Assembly: GCA_963749155.1 (NCBI GenBank)
Contig: CAVVLO010000002.1
Location: 1,088,001 to 1,152,000, forward strand
Direction: 5' to 3'
Length of the DNA stretch: 64,000 nt
From: an uncultured Armatimonadia bacterium
Lineage (GTDB): Bacteria; Armatimonadota; Zipacnadia; CAVVLO01
Shown in pieces: positions 33,576-42,469 of the stretch. The notes below the pieces were generated by a model. The model ran no database searches. It worked only from the letters and a program-made list of their open reading frames with translations, and had not been told where the DNA came from. Both the position numbers and the translations under genes were made by a program. Each line of letters opens with the position of its first letter. Position 1 is the stretch's first letter.

Positions 33576-35705
33576 GTGATCGAACAAGACATCCAACTCT
33601 CACCGGAGCCTCAACCCAAATTATTCGAAGCCCAGAGCAGCGCAACTGATATGTCGCTGTTCGTCCGGACCTCCGAAGAAAAACTCGCCAACTGGGATAG
33701 AACTTATATCGTGGAGGCCCTGCTGCGCGAGACAGGGCTTTCGCTGGAACTGGCAGAGACAATTGCTGTAGAGGTCGAGCAGCAGCTCAAAGCTGCCGAG
33801 GTTAGTTCTATCTCGGCGCCCCTGGTGCGAGAGCTGGTCAACGCGAAACTTATAGAGAGAGGCCTGGAGACCGAGCGCAAGCAGCATACGCGCCTTGGTA
33901 TGCCAATCTACGACGTGCGGTGCCTGCTGGCCGAGGCCAACAAAGAGAACGCCAACCTTCCGCATAACCCCGAAGCTACAAATCTGGCCCTGGCGGAACG
34001 CATCAAAAAGGAATTCGCGCTGCTTGAGGTCTTCTCACAAGATGTCGCCGACGCGCATATGAACGGCGAATTGCACCTGCATGACCTGGGTTTTATTGAC
34101 AGGCCATATTGTTCAGGCCAGTCACTCGAGTACGTCAAGAAATTCGGCCTCGACCTGCCCAATGCTCTCTCCAACGCCAAACCCGCCAAGCATCCCGAAG
34201 TTCTGCTTGCCCATATGGTCAAGTTTTCGGCAGCTCTTCAAGGCCATTTCGCGGGGGCAATAGGCTGGGATGCAGTTAACCTTTTCTTCGCTCCATATCT
34301 CGAAGAGATGCCCGATGGAGAGCTGGAGCAGCTAGCCCAGATGCTTATCTTCGAGTATTCCCAGCAGGCCGTCGCAAGAGGCGGACAGGCCATCTTCTCG
34401 GACATCAACCTGTATTGGGAAGTGCCAAAGCACTTCCGTGATGTCGAGGCGATCGGGCCTGGCGGTCAGTACACGGGCAAGACCTATAAGGAATATGAGA
34501 AGACCGCTCAGCGGTTTTTATGGAAGCTATTCGAGGTCTATATGGGGGGCGATGCGGCGGGCCGGCCTTTCTTCTTCCCCAAGCCTCTCGTCCATATGAC
34601 TGAGGATTTCTTTGCCGCAGAGGGCAATGAGAAGTTCCTGGAGTTTATCAGTGAGGTAGCCACCGTCAAGGGCAATACTTATTTTGTGTTTGACCGAGGC
34701 GAGACGGCCAAAATCAGCGAATGCTGCCGGCTGAGTTTCAAACTGGAGAAGTCTGACCTGGACGATGCCAAACAACCCTGGCGGATGCGTTATAGCGCCC
34801 TGCAAAACATCACTCTCAACCTGCCTCGGGCGGGCTTGCAATCAGGCCAAGATGACTCGGTGTTGATGACCCGACTTGATATGCTGCTCGAGCTGACCGC
34901 GAAGGCGCATATCCAGAAGCGCCGTTTCATTGAGAAATCTCTGGCGCAGGGGCAGGACGGCCCGTTGGCCTTGCTTGCAATGCAGCGCGATGGCCAGAGT
35001 TATCTGAGGATGCACCGAGTCAGTTATCTGATTGGGATGCTCGGGCTCAATGAGCTTGTGCAAGCGCATACAGGCCAGCAAGTTCATGAATCACGCGAGG
35101 CCCTGATGCTCGGGCTGCGCGTCATCGCCCATATGCAGCGCAAGTGTCAGGAGATGAGCGCCAGGTACGGGATGCACTTCGTGCTGGAGCAGACGCCTGG
35201 TGAGTCGACGGCTTACCGCTTCGCCAAGCTGGATCATCGGCAGTATGGCGCGAAGGCCGAACCGCTGCTACGGGGCGAGCTTTCCAATAACCAAATCTAC
35301 TATACGAATTCGACTTATCTCAACAATGGCTTATTTATCGACCCGATAGAGCGGGTGGCCATCGAGGGCAAGTTCCACCCGATGATCGAAGCAGGTGCGC
35401 TTACTCACGTCTGGCTTGGCGAGTCGCAGCCTTCGGCAGCCTCGGTAGGCAACTTTGTAAAGAAAACGTTCAGACAGACGGAGAACGCCCAAGTGGCGTT
35501 TTCGCCGGAGTTTACTTTCTGTGCTGGTTGTGGCAAAACTATACGAGGACTTCACCAGTTGTGTCCGAATTGTGGCTCAGAGAATACCGAAGGTATCACC
35601 CGTGTAACAGGATATTTCTCTAAGGTAACAGGATGGAACGACGGGAAGCTCGGAGAGCTGAAGGACAGATACAGGAATCACCATTATTTCGGCTCCAAGA
35701 CCTGA
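33576..35705 (+). CDS. nrdD: Anaerobic (class III) ribonucleoside-triphosphate reductase
   Basis: N-terminal ATP cone, HLHDLG, ECCRL finger loop, EQTPGES, YYTNS, CAGC/CPNC Zn site, glycyl radical motif RVTGYF. Confidence 0.95.
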   Translation: MIEQDIQLSPEPQPKLFEAQSSATDMSLFVRTSEEKLANWDRTYIVEALLRETGLSLELAETIAVEVEQQLKAAEVSSISAPLVRELVNAKLIERGLETERKQHTRLGMPIYDVRCLLAEANKENANLPHNPEATNLALAERIKKEFALLEVFSQDVADAHMNGELHLHDLGFIDRPYCSGQSLEYVKKFGLDLPNALSNAKPAKHPEVLLAHMVKFSAALQGHFAGAIGWDAVNLFFAPYLEEMPDGELEQLAQMLIFEYSQQAVARGGQAIFSDINLYWEVPKHFRDVEAIGPGGQYTGKTYKEYEKTAQRFLWKLFEVYMGGDAAGRPFFFPKPLVHMTEDFFAAEGNEKFLEFISEVATVKGNTYFVFDRGETAKISECCRLSFKLEKSDLDDAKQPWRMRYSALQNITLNLPRAGLQSGQDDSVLMTRLDMLLELTAKAHIQKRRFIEKSLAQGQDGPLALLAMQRDGQSYLRMHRVSYLIGMLGLNELVQAHTGQQVHESREALMLGLRVIAHMQRKCQEMSARYGMHFVLEQTPGESTAYRFAKLDHRQYGAKAEPLLRGELSNNQIYYTNSTYLNNGLFIDPIERVAIEGKFHPMIEAGALTHVWLGESQPSAASVGNFVKKTFRQTENAQVAFSPEFTFCAGCGKTIRGLHQLCPNCGSENTEGITRVTGYFSKVTGWNDGKLGELKDRYRNHHYFGSKT

Positions 35706-35732
35706 GCCGCATGGCGAAGGTTTTGAGCATAA

Positions 35733-35807
35733 AGGGTTGATCGACACTCGTTCCTCCAAGCAGAGTGCAAGAGCGGAATGGGCAGCCGCTCACGCACGAA
35801 CAACCCT
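35733..35807. ncRNA. Candidate structured RNA (three-way junction) downstream of nrdD; family unknown
   Basis: P1 AGGGTTGaTCG/CGAaCAACCCT, P2 CACTC/GAGTG, P3 GAGCGG/CCGCTC, directly before a terminator. Confidence 0.35.
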
Positions 35808-35810
35808 AAG

Positions 35811-35845
35811 AGAACGGCCCCCCCATCGGGGGGGCCGTTCTTGTT
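35811..35845. terminator. Bidirectional terminator between nrdD and the TPM array
   Basis: AGAACGGCCCCCCC-atc-GGGGGGGCCGTTCT perfect inverted repeat. Confidence 0.75.
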
Positions 35846-35913
35846 AGAACCAGTTGATGCCGGCGGCCCATGCCAGACCAGTTGGGCGCCTTCACAAGCC
35901 TATTCCGGACCGG

Positions 35914-36495
35914 TCACTCGCCGATGTCGCTCTCTGGTGCTTCATTTTCCGAGATTTCACCAGTGACCTCGCCTTCGTGAGCCTGAGCATAGTCCACCAG
36001 GAAACTAATCAGTGCCCGCGCGCCTTGTTCAGCGGCCTTGGAGAAGTCTCCTTTGGCGAGATAAGGCACCATTACCTCGACCAACAGCTTCTCGGATTCT
36101 TCATCGGTGAAGATATGCTCCAGCCCATAGCCGACTTCGGACTCGACCCGGCGTTCATCAAGGGTTATCAGGAAGAGGATGCCCAGGTTCTGCTCCCCAC
36201 CCAGGTCCCAGGCGTTATGCAGCCAGAAGACATATTCCGAGGGCTTGAGGGGCCCAGTTGTCTGCACGAGCGCGAACACGAGTTCAGGGCCAACCTCTGC
36301 CTTGAAAGCCGCCAGCTCGCTCTCAAGCAGCTTGGCTGTCTTGGCGCTCAGCTTGCCCACATAGTCATTGACAAAGCCCAGGCGCTCAGGCGGCGCCTTG
36401 CCAGCAAGACTTGCCAAATCGTCACTAGAGAAACCGCACTGCTCGCACTTGGGAAGGGCATCGTTTATCTCCACACCACAACGTGGACACTTCAT
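35914..36495 (-). CDS. TPM-domain protein with N-terminal Zn ribbon, no signal peptide (paralogue 5)
   Basis: MKCPRCG...KCEQCG, then GFVNDYVG, NAWDLG, RRVESEVGYGLE; GAGGTG RBS. Confidence 0.8.
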   Translation of the reverse strand: MKCPRCGVEINDALPKCEQCGFSSDDLASLAGKAPPERLGFVNDYVGKLSAKTAKLLESELAAFKAEVGPELVFALVQTTGPLKPSEYVFWLHNAWDLGGEQNLGILFLITLDERRVESEVGYGLEHIFTDEESEKLLVEVMVPYLAKGDFSKAAEQGARALISFLVDYAQAHEGEVTGEISENEAPESDIGE

Positions 36496-36515
36496 CCGAC
36501 TCACCTCTTCAGAAA

Positions 36516-37388
36516 TTAGAAACTTGCGCCACCGCCACCGCCACCTGAGGAGCCACCGCCAAAACCTCCGCCCCCTCCGCCGCCGCTCCCACTTCCACTT
36601 CCGCTGTAGAAACTGTGCGCCAGGGGACTATAATCGTCCAGATATTGCTTGCGGCTTACCCGTTTAGTGGCGCCGCAGCTGGGACATTCATACAGGAATC
36701 TTGTGGCTGTGCTCTCAGCCTTATTGCGTTTCATCCTGGTTTTACAGTGTGAACACCTCACACCGCGTATCCAATAGAAAAGGGGGCCAACAAGAAAGCC
36801 CCAGAGGAAAACACCGGCCATTAATAAGGCTACGAGACAACCACAGACGTTCGAAAGCCCTTCCTTGAAGCGATCCCAGCCAGAGGGCTTCCACTCCTCT
36901 CCCGTTTCCAGCACCTCGACAAGGGCTGGCATAAGTGCCGCAAGGCCACTGTACCAGTCGTCATCTTTGAAGTGGGGCACTGCGTATTCTTCGAGCAGGC
37001 GAGTACAGAAGATATCCGGCAGCACCCCTTCCACGCCATAGCCAGTTATTATCTCTACTCTCCGCTCCCCGATACACAGCACCACGATTACACCGTTATC
37101 GAGACCGGCCTTCCCCACACCCCAGTTATCAAAAAGTCCCTGGGCAAAATCGCGTGTATCAGCGAAGCCCTCGGGCAACGCGCTGGTGATGACGAGGGCT
37201 AACTCGTCCCCATGACGTTGCTCCAGGCCTTCGACCAGCGACACAAATTCGGCTTTCTCGGAGGCAGACAAGACGCCCGCGAAATCGTTGATGTAACCTT
37301 CAGGGGCTGGCACCTCGCGCAACGCCCAACCAGGCAGGGCAAATATAAGGAAACAGAGCACGAGCAGCGCCAGGTTAGAAACTCGCAC
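36516..37388 (-). CDS. TPM-domain membrane protein with C-terminal Zn ribbon and Gly-rich tail (paralogue 4)
   Basis: GTG start overlapping the upstream gene's tail; signal peptide; GYINDFAG, FDNWGVG, RRVEIITGYGVEGVLPD; TM helix; CSHC...CPSC; ends GGGGASF. Confidence 0.82.
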   Translation of the reverse strand: MRVSNLALLVLCFLIFALPGWALREVPAPEGYINDFAGVLSASEKAEFVSLVEGLEQRHGDELALVITSALPEGFADTRDFAQGLFDNWGVGKAGLDNGVIVVLCIGERRVEIITGYGVEGVLPDIFCTRLLEEYAVPHFKDDDWYSGLAALMPALVEVLETGEEWKPSGWDRFKEGLSNVCGCLVALLMAGVFLWGFLVGPLFYWIRGVRCSHCKTRMKRNKAESTATRFLYECPSCGATKRVSRKQYLDDYSPLAHSFYSGSGSGSGGGGGGGFGGGSSGGGGGGASF

Positions 37389-38274
37389 CTGCGCCACCTC
37401 CTCCTGATGAGCCTCCCCCAAATCCACCAAAGCCTCCTCCAAAACCGCCTCCCCCAAATCCGCCACCACTTGAACCTGAATCCCAATCCCACCAGTGCCC
37501 ACTTTCATCTTCGACTAGCAGCTCTTCGCCACAAGCAGGACAGATGAACCAGCGACCCTTTGGATGCAGCTTGTCCCAATTGCGCTTCGTCTTGTGGTTG
37601 CAGGCGGGGCACCGGGGCCGTGAAAAGACTTTCCACAACCAGATTGGGACAAAGAGCACTAGGAACCACAAGTCTGGCCAGTTGGCCAGCAAGCTCACCA
37701 GACTACGCCAAAATCTGACAGGGGCATGAGTAATCCAGTAACCGACTCGCTGGGTCCAGGAAGGCTCCCAAGGTTCGGCAGCCCTCATTATCGGCAAGGT
37801 GGCGTTAACCAGCGCTGTCAGTCCCCCTGCCCAGTTACTGTTGCGAAACTGGGGAGTGGCATACTCCTCCAGCAAGCGGATGCAAAGCTGATCAGGCAGG
37901 ATTGCTTCCAGACCATACCCGGTTGCCATCTCGACACGTCGCCCCGCGATGTCGAGGTAGATAAGCAGCCCATTGTCTGCCCCTTGCTTGCCAATGCCCC
38001 AACTGTCGAAGATAGCTTGCGCACGGTCTTTGGACAGCCCCGGGCCGCCCTCAGGGGCTGCTTCGATGAAAATCGCGACCTCGACTGCGGTCTCCTGGGC
38101 GAACTGCCCAAGCTGAACCTCAAGTTGCTGGCGAGTTCCTGGATCAAGTGCGCCCGTGTAATCGTTTACCCAGCCGACTGGGCGTGGCACTGGTTGGGCA
38201 TACCCCGTCAAGGCCAGGCAGGCGATCAACAGCGCCGTGAAACCGACAGCGTAGCGAGAGGCGCATCGAAGCAT
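37375..38274 (-). CDS. TPM-domain membrane protein with C-terminal Zn ribbon and Gly-rich tail (paralogue 3)
   Basis: Signal peptide; GWVNDYTG, FDSWGIG, RRVEMATGYGLEAILPD; CPAC...CPAC; ends GGAGASF. Confidence 0.85.
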   Translation of the reverse strand: MLRCASRYAVGFTALLIACLALTGYAQPVPRPVGWVNDYTGALDPGTRQQLEVQLGQFAQETAVEVAIFIEAAPEGGPGLSKDRAQAIFDSWGIGKQGADNGLLIYLDIAGRRVEMATGYGLEAILPDQLCIRLLEEYATPQFRNSNWAGGLTALVNATLPIMRAAEPWEPSWTQRVGYWITHAPVRFWRSLVSLLANWPDLWFLVLFVPIWLWKVFSRPRCPACNHKTKRNWDKLHPKGRWFICPACGEELLVEDESGHWWDWDSGSSGGGFGGGGFGGGFGGFGGGSSGGGGAGASF

Positions 38275-38289
38275 AAGGTGTTCCCGAGG

Positions 38290-39198
38290 TCAGAAGCTGG
38301 CCCCAGCGCCACCTCCTCCCGAGCTGCCTCCTCCGAAGCCACCGAAGCTGCTACTACTGCTGCTGCCCGAGGAAGAGCTGCCTGACCAGCTCGACCTGCT
38401 CGAGGACGAACTGGAACCTGAACTCGGAGAGGGCGGTGGGACATATTCCCATTGCTGGTGACCACAGGAAGGGCAGATATACTTCACATAGCGAGGCAGG
38501 CGCGTCTGCTCTTCCTTGGGAGCTTTCCTGGTCTTCTTCTTGCACTCTTCACAGTAAACGGTCAAAACCCAGCGGAAGAAGAGGATGACCAGGACGATGC
38601 CACCGAAGAACAACAACCTGTAGAACCAGGTCAGCCAGAGGGGTGTGAGTTCGGGCTCTTCGCTCTCCTCAGCGGCATAAGCCTCGTCCTCTTCATAGGC
38701 TTCGCCTTTCTCCAGCACCTCGATGACAGCGCCGGCAAGCGCGGTGAGGCCGCCAGCCCAGTCTTCCTTTTTAAAGGCAGGCACTGCGTATTCCTGGAGC
38801 AACTGACCGCAGCGCACATCGGGCAGAATACTCTCAACTCCATAACCAGTTTCGATTTCAACGCGCCTTGCCCCGATACACAGCAATATGAGGACGCCAG
38901 TATCATTGGTCGCCTCACCCACGCCCCATTCGTTGAACAGAGCGGTCGCCAACTCCTTGGAGTCCTCGTAATCGGCAGGCATCTCATCGAAGATGGCGAT
39001 CGTAAACTCGTAGGGGGTGGTGTCTGATAGAGTGGCGAGACGGTCGTTCAGTTCGACTCTGACGGCCGGGTTGAGCACATCGGCAAAGTCGTTAACATAA
39101 CCGATAGCCTCAGGCAGGCTGGTTTGGGCCCATCCTGAGAAGGCCAACAGTAAAAGCAGAACACCAACTAGCAGGAGTCGCAAGCTAGAAGCTGGCAC
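38290..39198 (-). CDS. TPM-domain membrane protein with C-terminal Zn ribbon and Ser/Gly-rich tail (paralogue 2; alternative TTG start at 39183)
   Basis: Signal peptide; GYVNDFAD, FNEWGVG, RRVEIETGYGVESILPD; CEEC...CPSC; ends GGAGASF. Confidence 0.82.
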   Translation of the reverse strand: MPASSLRLLLVGVLLLLLAFSGWAQTSLPEAIGYVNDFADVLNPAVRVELNDRLATLSDTTPYEFTIAIFDEMPADYEDSKELATALFNEWGVGEATNDTGVLILLCIGARRVEIETGYGVESILPDVRCGQLLQEYAVPAFKKEDWAGGLTALAGAVIEVLEKGEAYEEDEAYAAEESEEPELTPLWLTWFYRLLFFGGIVLVILFFRWVLTVYCEECKKKTRKAPKEEQTRLPRYVKYICPSCGHQQWEYVPPPSPSSGSSSSSSRSSWSGSSSSGSSSSSSFGGFGGGSSGGGGAGASF

Positions 39199-40057
39199 CT
39201 CCGCCACCCCCTCCGGATGACCCACCGCTGAAACCGCCCCCGCCGCCCCCACCACTGGAACCACTCGAGCTGAAGCTGGAGCCCGAATAACCCGAGCCCG
39301 TTGCCCGGCTGCTCATCGCACGGCGGTAGACGGTAGTGCCACATACGGGGCATTTATAGACCATACTGTTGCCGATGGTCTTCTCATACTTGAGACGCGA
39401 CTTGCAGTTGGGGCACTTGGCCCAGAGGAACTTGCCCGCTATCACGAGGGCAATGATGATAAAAGGCAGCAGCATAATCCCGCCGAAAAACAGACTTATG
39501 AGGATTCCAAAAACGACAGGTACGGTCCCGCCACTTGAGGAGCCAGTAGGACTCTCATAGGCCTGACCCGACTCCAGAACCACGCAGACAGCCTCAAGTG
39601 CCTTCTGCAGGCCCTCGCCCCAGTTGCCCTGTTTGAAGGAGGGAACGGCGTGGTCTTCGAGGAGGCGCGTGCAGAGCTGGTCGGGCAGAAGACCTTCTAC
39701 GCCATAACCGGTCTCGATTTCAACGCGTCTGGGACCTACTGCAAGCAGCATCAGGACGCCGTTGTCTGCGCCCTTCTTGCCGACACCCCACTTGTTGAAA
39801 AGCGCAGTGGCAAGTTCTTTCGGGGTGCTGATATCTTCAGGCAAGTCCTGCACGACCACAACGGCAATCTCGCCGCCGGTTTGAGCCTCACAGGTGGTGA
39901 TACGACTTTGCAGGGCGGCTTCTTCATCAACCGAGAGCAAATCGGCGAAGTCATTCACCCGACCGACAGGGTCAGGCAGGTCAGCCGACCAGGCCAGAAC
40001 AGCCAGCAACAACCCAGCCGCCAGCAACACGGCCACCAGGTACGCGGAGCGGGTCAT
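39185..40057 (-). CDS. TPM-domain membrane protein with C-terminal Zn ribbon and Gly-rich tail (paralogue 1)
   Basis: Signal peptide; GRVNDFAD, FNKWGVG, RRVEIETGYGVEGLLPD; CPNC...CPVC; ends GGGGASF. Confidence 0.85.
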   Translation of the reverse strand: MTRSAYLVAVLLAAGLLLAVLAWSADLPDPVGRVNDFADLLSVDEEAALQSRITTCEAQTGGEIAVVVVQDLPEDISTPKELATALFNKWGVGKKGADNGVLMLLAVGPRRVEIETGYGVEGLLPDQLCTRLLEDHAVPSFKQGNWGEGLQKALEAVCVVLESGQAYESPTGSSSGGTVPVVFGILISLFFGGIMLLPFIIIALVIAGKFLWAKCPNCKSRLKYEKTIGNSMVYKCPVCGTTVYRRAMSSRATGSGYSGSSFSSSGSSGGGGGGGFSGGSSGGGGGGASF

Positions 40058-40069
40058 CGCGCCTCCCCC

Positions 40070-40708
40070 CTATTGGTGGTGCGGGCTAGTTTCGAAGCTG
40101 ATCTCCGGCACCTTTTCGGCGCCCTCGGCCATCTCGAAGTATTCCTTCTCGGTATCAAAGCCCAGGATACCGACGAAAAGCTTCATTGGCAGAGCTTTGG
40201 CAGCCCGGTTATAGTTGTTTACCGATTCGTTGTAGCGCTTGCGCTCTACCGTGATGCGGTTCTCGGAGCCTTCAATGGCAACTTGCAGATCCCGGAAGTT
40301 TACGTTGGCTTGCAGTTGAGGATAGGCCTCGGTAATGGAGAGCAACTGCGACAGCGCCTGGGTGATCTGGTTGTTGGCCTGACTGGCGTCCTGTACAGTG
40401 CGCGCCGCCATAGCTTTCGAACGCGCCTCGGCCGCGAAGGTGAAGATCTCCTTCTCGTGCTTGGCATAACCCTTAACAACCTGCACGAGCTGGGGGATCA
40501 TATCCGCGCGACGCTGAAGGACATTCTCCACCTGCGCCCAGGATTTGCTGACATCCTGATCCATATTTACGAGGGAGTTGTAGGCGCCGAAAACGAAAAG
40601 TGCCAGCGATATGAGCACTAGCGCCAGTATGGCCGCACATCCCCCAAAGAGCATACAGCTTTTACTGCGCCCTCCTGAGGGCTGGTCTGTGGGTTGGACT
40701 TCTCTCAT
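40070..40708 (-). CDS. lemA: LemA family protein
   Basis: TM helix then YNSLV, WAQVENVLQRRADMIPQLV, EAYPQLQAN, ENRITVERKRYNESV; TAATG coupling to the MazG gene. Confidence 0.92.
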   Translation of the reverse strand: MREVQPTDQPSGGRSKSCMLFGGCAAILALVLISLALFVFGAYNSLVNMDQDVSKSWAQVENVLQRRADMIPQLVQVVKGYAKHEKEIFTFAAEARSKAMAARTVQDASQANNQITQALSQLLSITEAYPQLQANVNFRDLQVAIEGSENRITVERKRYNESVNNYNRAAKALPMKLFVGILGFDTEKEYFEMAEGAEKVPEISFETSPHHQ

Positions 40709-41010
40709 TATTTTGCCTCCCTGTTGGTGTTGGGGCAGTTGCACGGGCTCTCGTGGCACTTGGGACAACCTTCGGCATAACGCTGGATGGCATCCTCCAG
40801 CCGGATACCGAGCTGCGAGGCGACGGTCGCCGTCCAGGCGAGCACGTCGCTGAACTCGTGCAGCAATTCGGCGCGCTCGCACTTGCGCAAGGCCTTGGCC
40901 AGTTCGCCGACTTCTTCTACCAGCCAGGTGAAGTTGGTCGTGACTGGCCTGGCGCCATCTCGGGCGCCATAAGTGGCTTCGATAACTTTTTGGAACTCGT
41001 CAAAGGTCAT
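40708..41010 (-). CDS. MazG-like nucleotide pyrophosphohydrolase
   Basis: WLVEEVGELAKAL, HEFSDVLAW, C-terminal CPKC..PCNC. Confidence 0.85.
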   Translation of the reverse strand: MTFDEFQKVIEATYGARDGARPVTTNFTWLVEEVGELAKALRKCERAELLHEFSDVLAWTATVASQLGIRLEDAIQRYAEGCPKCHESPCNCPNTNREAK

Positions 41011-41012
41011 AC

Positions 41013-42455
41013 TTACTTCCTCTTCGGTATTTTCGGCCTGGAGATTGATATGCCTTCCGCGCCTGGCTTGAATCCGTAAACCGTTATGGTCGCAGGCAAC
41101 CCTTGTTCGCCATGTAACTTCTTGTCGTTTGACAGTATATCAAAGTCTTTCTGGGCAGCCTCAAGCGCGATAAGGACATCTGCATCGGTGCGCGCGGGAG
41201 CTTCTCGGAGCAGTCGGCGATTGACCAGGCGGTCGTATGCCTCCCGGTCATCCACCTTGTGCCTGAGAGCAGCGTCGGCGATGACCTCGATTGGGAAGAA
41301 TCCCGCCGCCAGTGCCGCTTCGCGGGCACTTTCGATATAGTCAACGCGCGCCTTCGCCTGCTTGGCCGAGTGCGCGACATTGCTCGCGTCGATGATGAGG
41401 CCGCGCGCTTGCCCAAGCAGCACGCGCACCAGAGGACTGCCCTCTTCCTTCAACTGCCGCAGAGCGAGCTCGCCGACGGGAGTCTCCAGTTCTTGTTTAA
41501 CCCGCTCGAGAGCCTTCGGACTGCCACTTTGCAAGGCGCCGTCGAGGCGCGCAAGGAAGAGCTCAAGGTGCTCGAAACTCTCGTCCAGCAGCTCGGAGGT
41601 GAGCTCAAGAGGGAGACTCTTCTCCACTGGAGGGGGTTGTTCAGATTCAGCCTCAGTCCTAGGCACAGGGCTGGTTTCTCCCTCACTCACACTGAGTCCA
41701 AAAGGCGCATACAGGCTGCCAAGTTCGCGAGTCAGGCGGGTGAAGAAGCCTTCGAGTTGCTCTTTGCGGTGGTCGGCTTCGCGCAGCTTGCCGCGCAAAT
41801 CGTCGTTGGAGTCTTTGGCTTGCTTGCACTTGGCAGCGAGCTGGTCAGCAAGGGCTTGCTTCTCCTCCAGCTCGCCGCGCAGATGGTCTCGCTCGCTTTC
41901 CACAGCGCGCAGAGTGCCCCTAAGGTCTTCCAGTCTGGATTCGAGACCGCGCAACTGACGCTGCAGCGACCGAGTTTCGCCGGATTCCGCGGCTGGCGGG
42001 GCAACCTGGCGTTCTTCGACAACAGAGGGCGCCTGCGAGGGAAGGGGAGCACCAGGCGTCCACAGCGCGTGGGGCAACTCGGCCAGGGATGCCAGCGCGC
42101 TGGCATCACCGCGCAGTTCGAGAGCGAGCTGGACGTGGGCCAGGTGCTCGGGCTGGGCACTGGCAACGCTCAGTGCAGCCTGGAAGACCGACTCAGGAGG
42201 AGCTTCCAGAATTGATTTGACTAAGGGGGCATAACAGGTTGTCCACAGCAGAGTCAGATGGCTTCCAAAGACTTCATCTTTGGCTACGGCGTGGAGAAGA
42301 CGGCTCAGGAAGACGGGATCTTTCATCCCTTCAGCATTCGCCCGCAGCCCCTTCAGGAGAGGCTGGGCAGCTCTGCGCTCCACTTGCAGGAACTCTTTCC
42401 TTGTCTGAACAGGCAAGGATTCCCATAAAGCGCGCCAGGCTTGCTCGCTTAACAA
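41013..42455 (-). CDS. Coiled-coil protein with C-terminal NYN/PIN-like RNase domain
   Basis: Central heptad-rich coiled coil; C-terminal IIDASNVAH, IADAALRH, DADVLI and ILSND acidic motifs typical of Zc3h12a-like NYN domains; AGGAGG RBS and TTG start. Confidence 0.65.
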   Translation of the reverse strand: MLSEQAWRALWESLPVQTRKEFLQVERRAAQPLLKGLRANAEGMKDPVFLSRLLHAVAKDEVFGSHLTLLWTTCYAPLVKSILEAPPESVFQAALSVASAQPEHLAHVQLALELRGDASALASLAELPHALWTPGAPLPSQAPSVVEERQVAPPAAESGETRSLQRQLRGLESRLEDLRGTLRAVESERDHLRGELEEKQALADQLAAKCKQAKDSNDDLRGKLREADHRKEQLEGFFTRLTRELGSLYAPFGLSVSEGETSPVPRTEAESEQPPPVEKSLPLELTSELLDESFEHLELFLARLDGALQSGSPKALERVKQELETPVGELALRQLKEEGSPLVRVLLGQARGLIIDASNVAHSAKQAKARVDYIESAREAALAAGFFPIEVIADAALRHKVDDREAYDRLVNRRLLREAPARTDADVLIALEAAQKDFDILSNDKKLHGEQGLPATITVYGFKPGAEGISISRPKIPKRK

Positions 42456-42469
42456 AGAGGCCTCCTGGG

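Noticed and set aside
33490..33630. QLPLM (NrdR C-terminus) and QPKLF (NrdD N-terminus) as beta-clamp-binding motifs
   Set aside because: These are short, imperfect matches that arise easily by chance, and I cannot assess conservation
35733..35807. tRNA or known riboswitch
   Set aside because: Only two internal arms, no T-loop or D-loop consensus, and a 3' position relative to the genes on both strands
35711..35809. Short plus-strand ORF with an internal TGA read as selenocysteine
   Set aside because: No RBS, no redox motif around the TGA and no recognisable product; the sequence is better explained as RNA structure
36516..39300. Recurring CCGCCACC/CCTCC tracts as a CRISPR array, DGR repeats or VNTR
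   Set aside because: They are Gly/Ser codon runs in paralogous gene tails about 900 bp apart; there are no identical repeats with spacers, cas genes or reverse transcriptase
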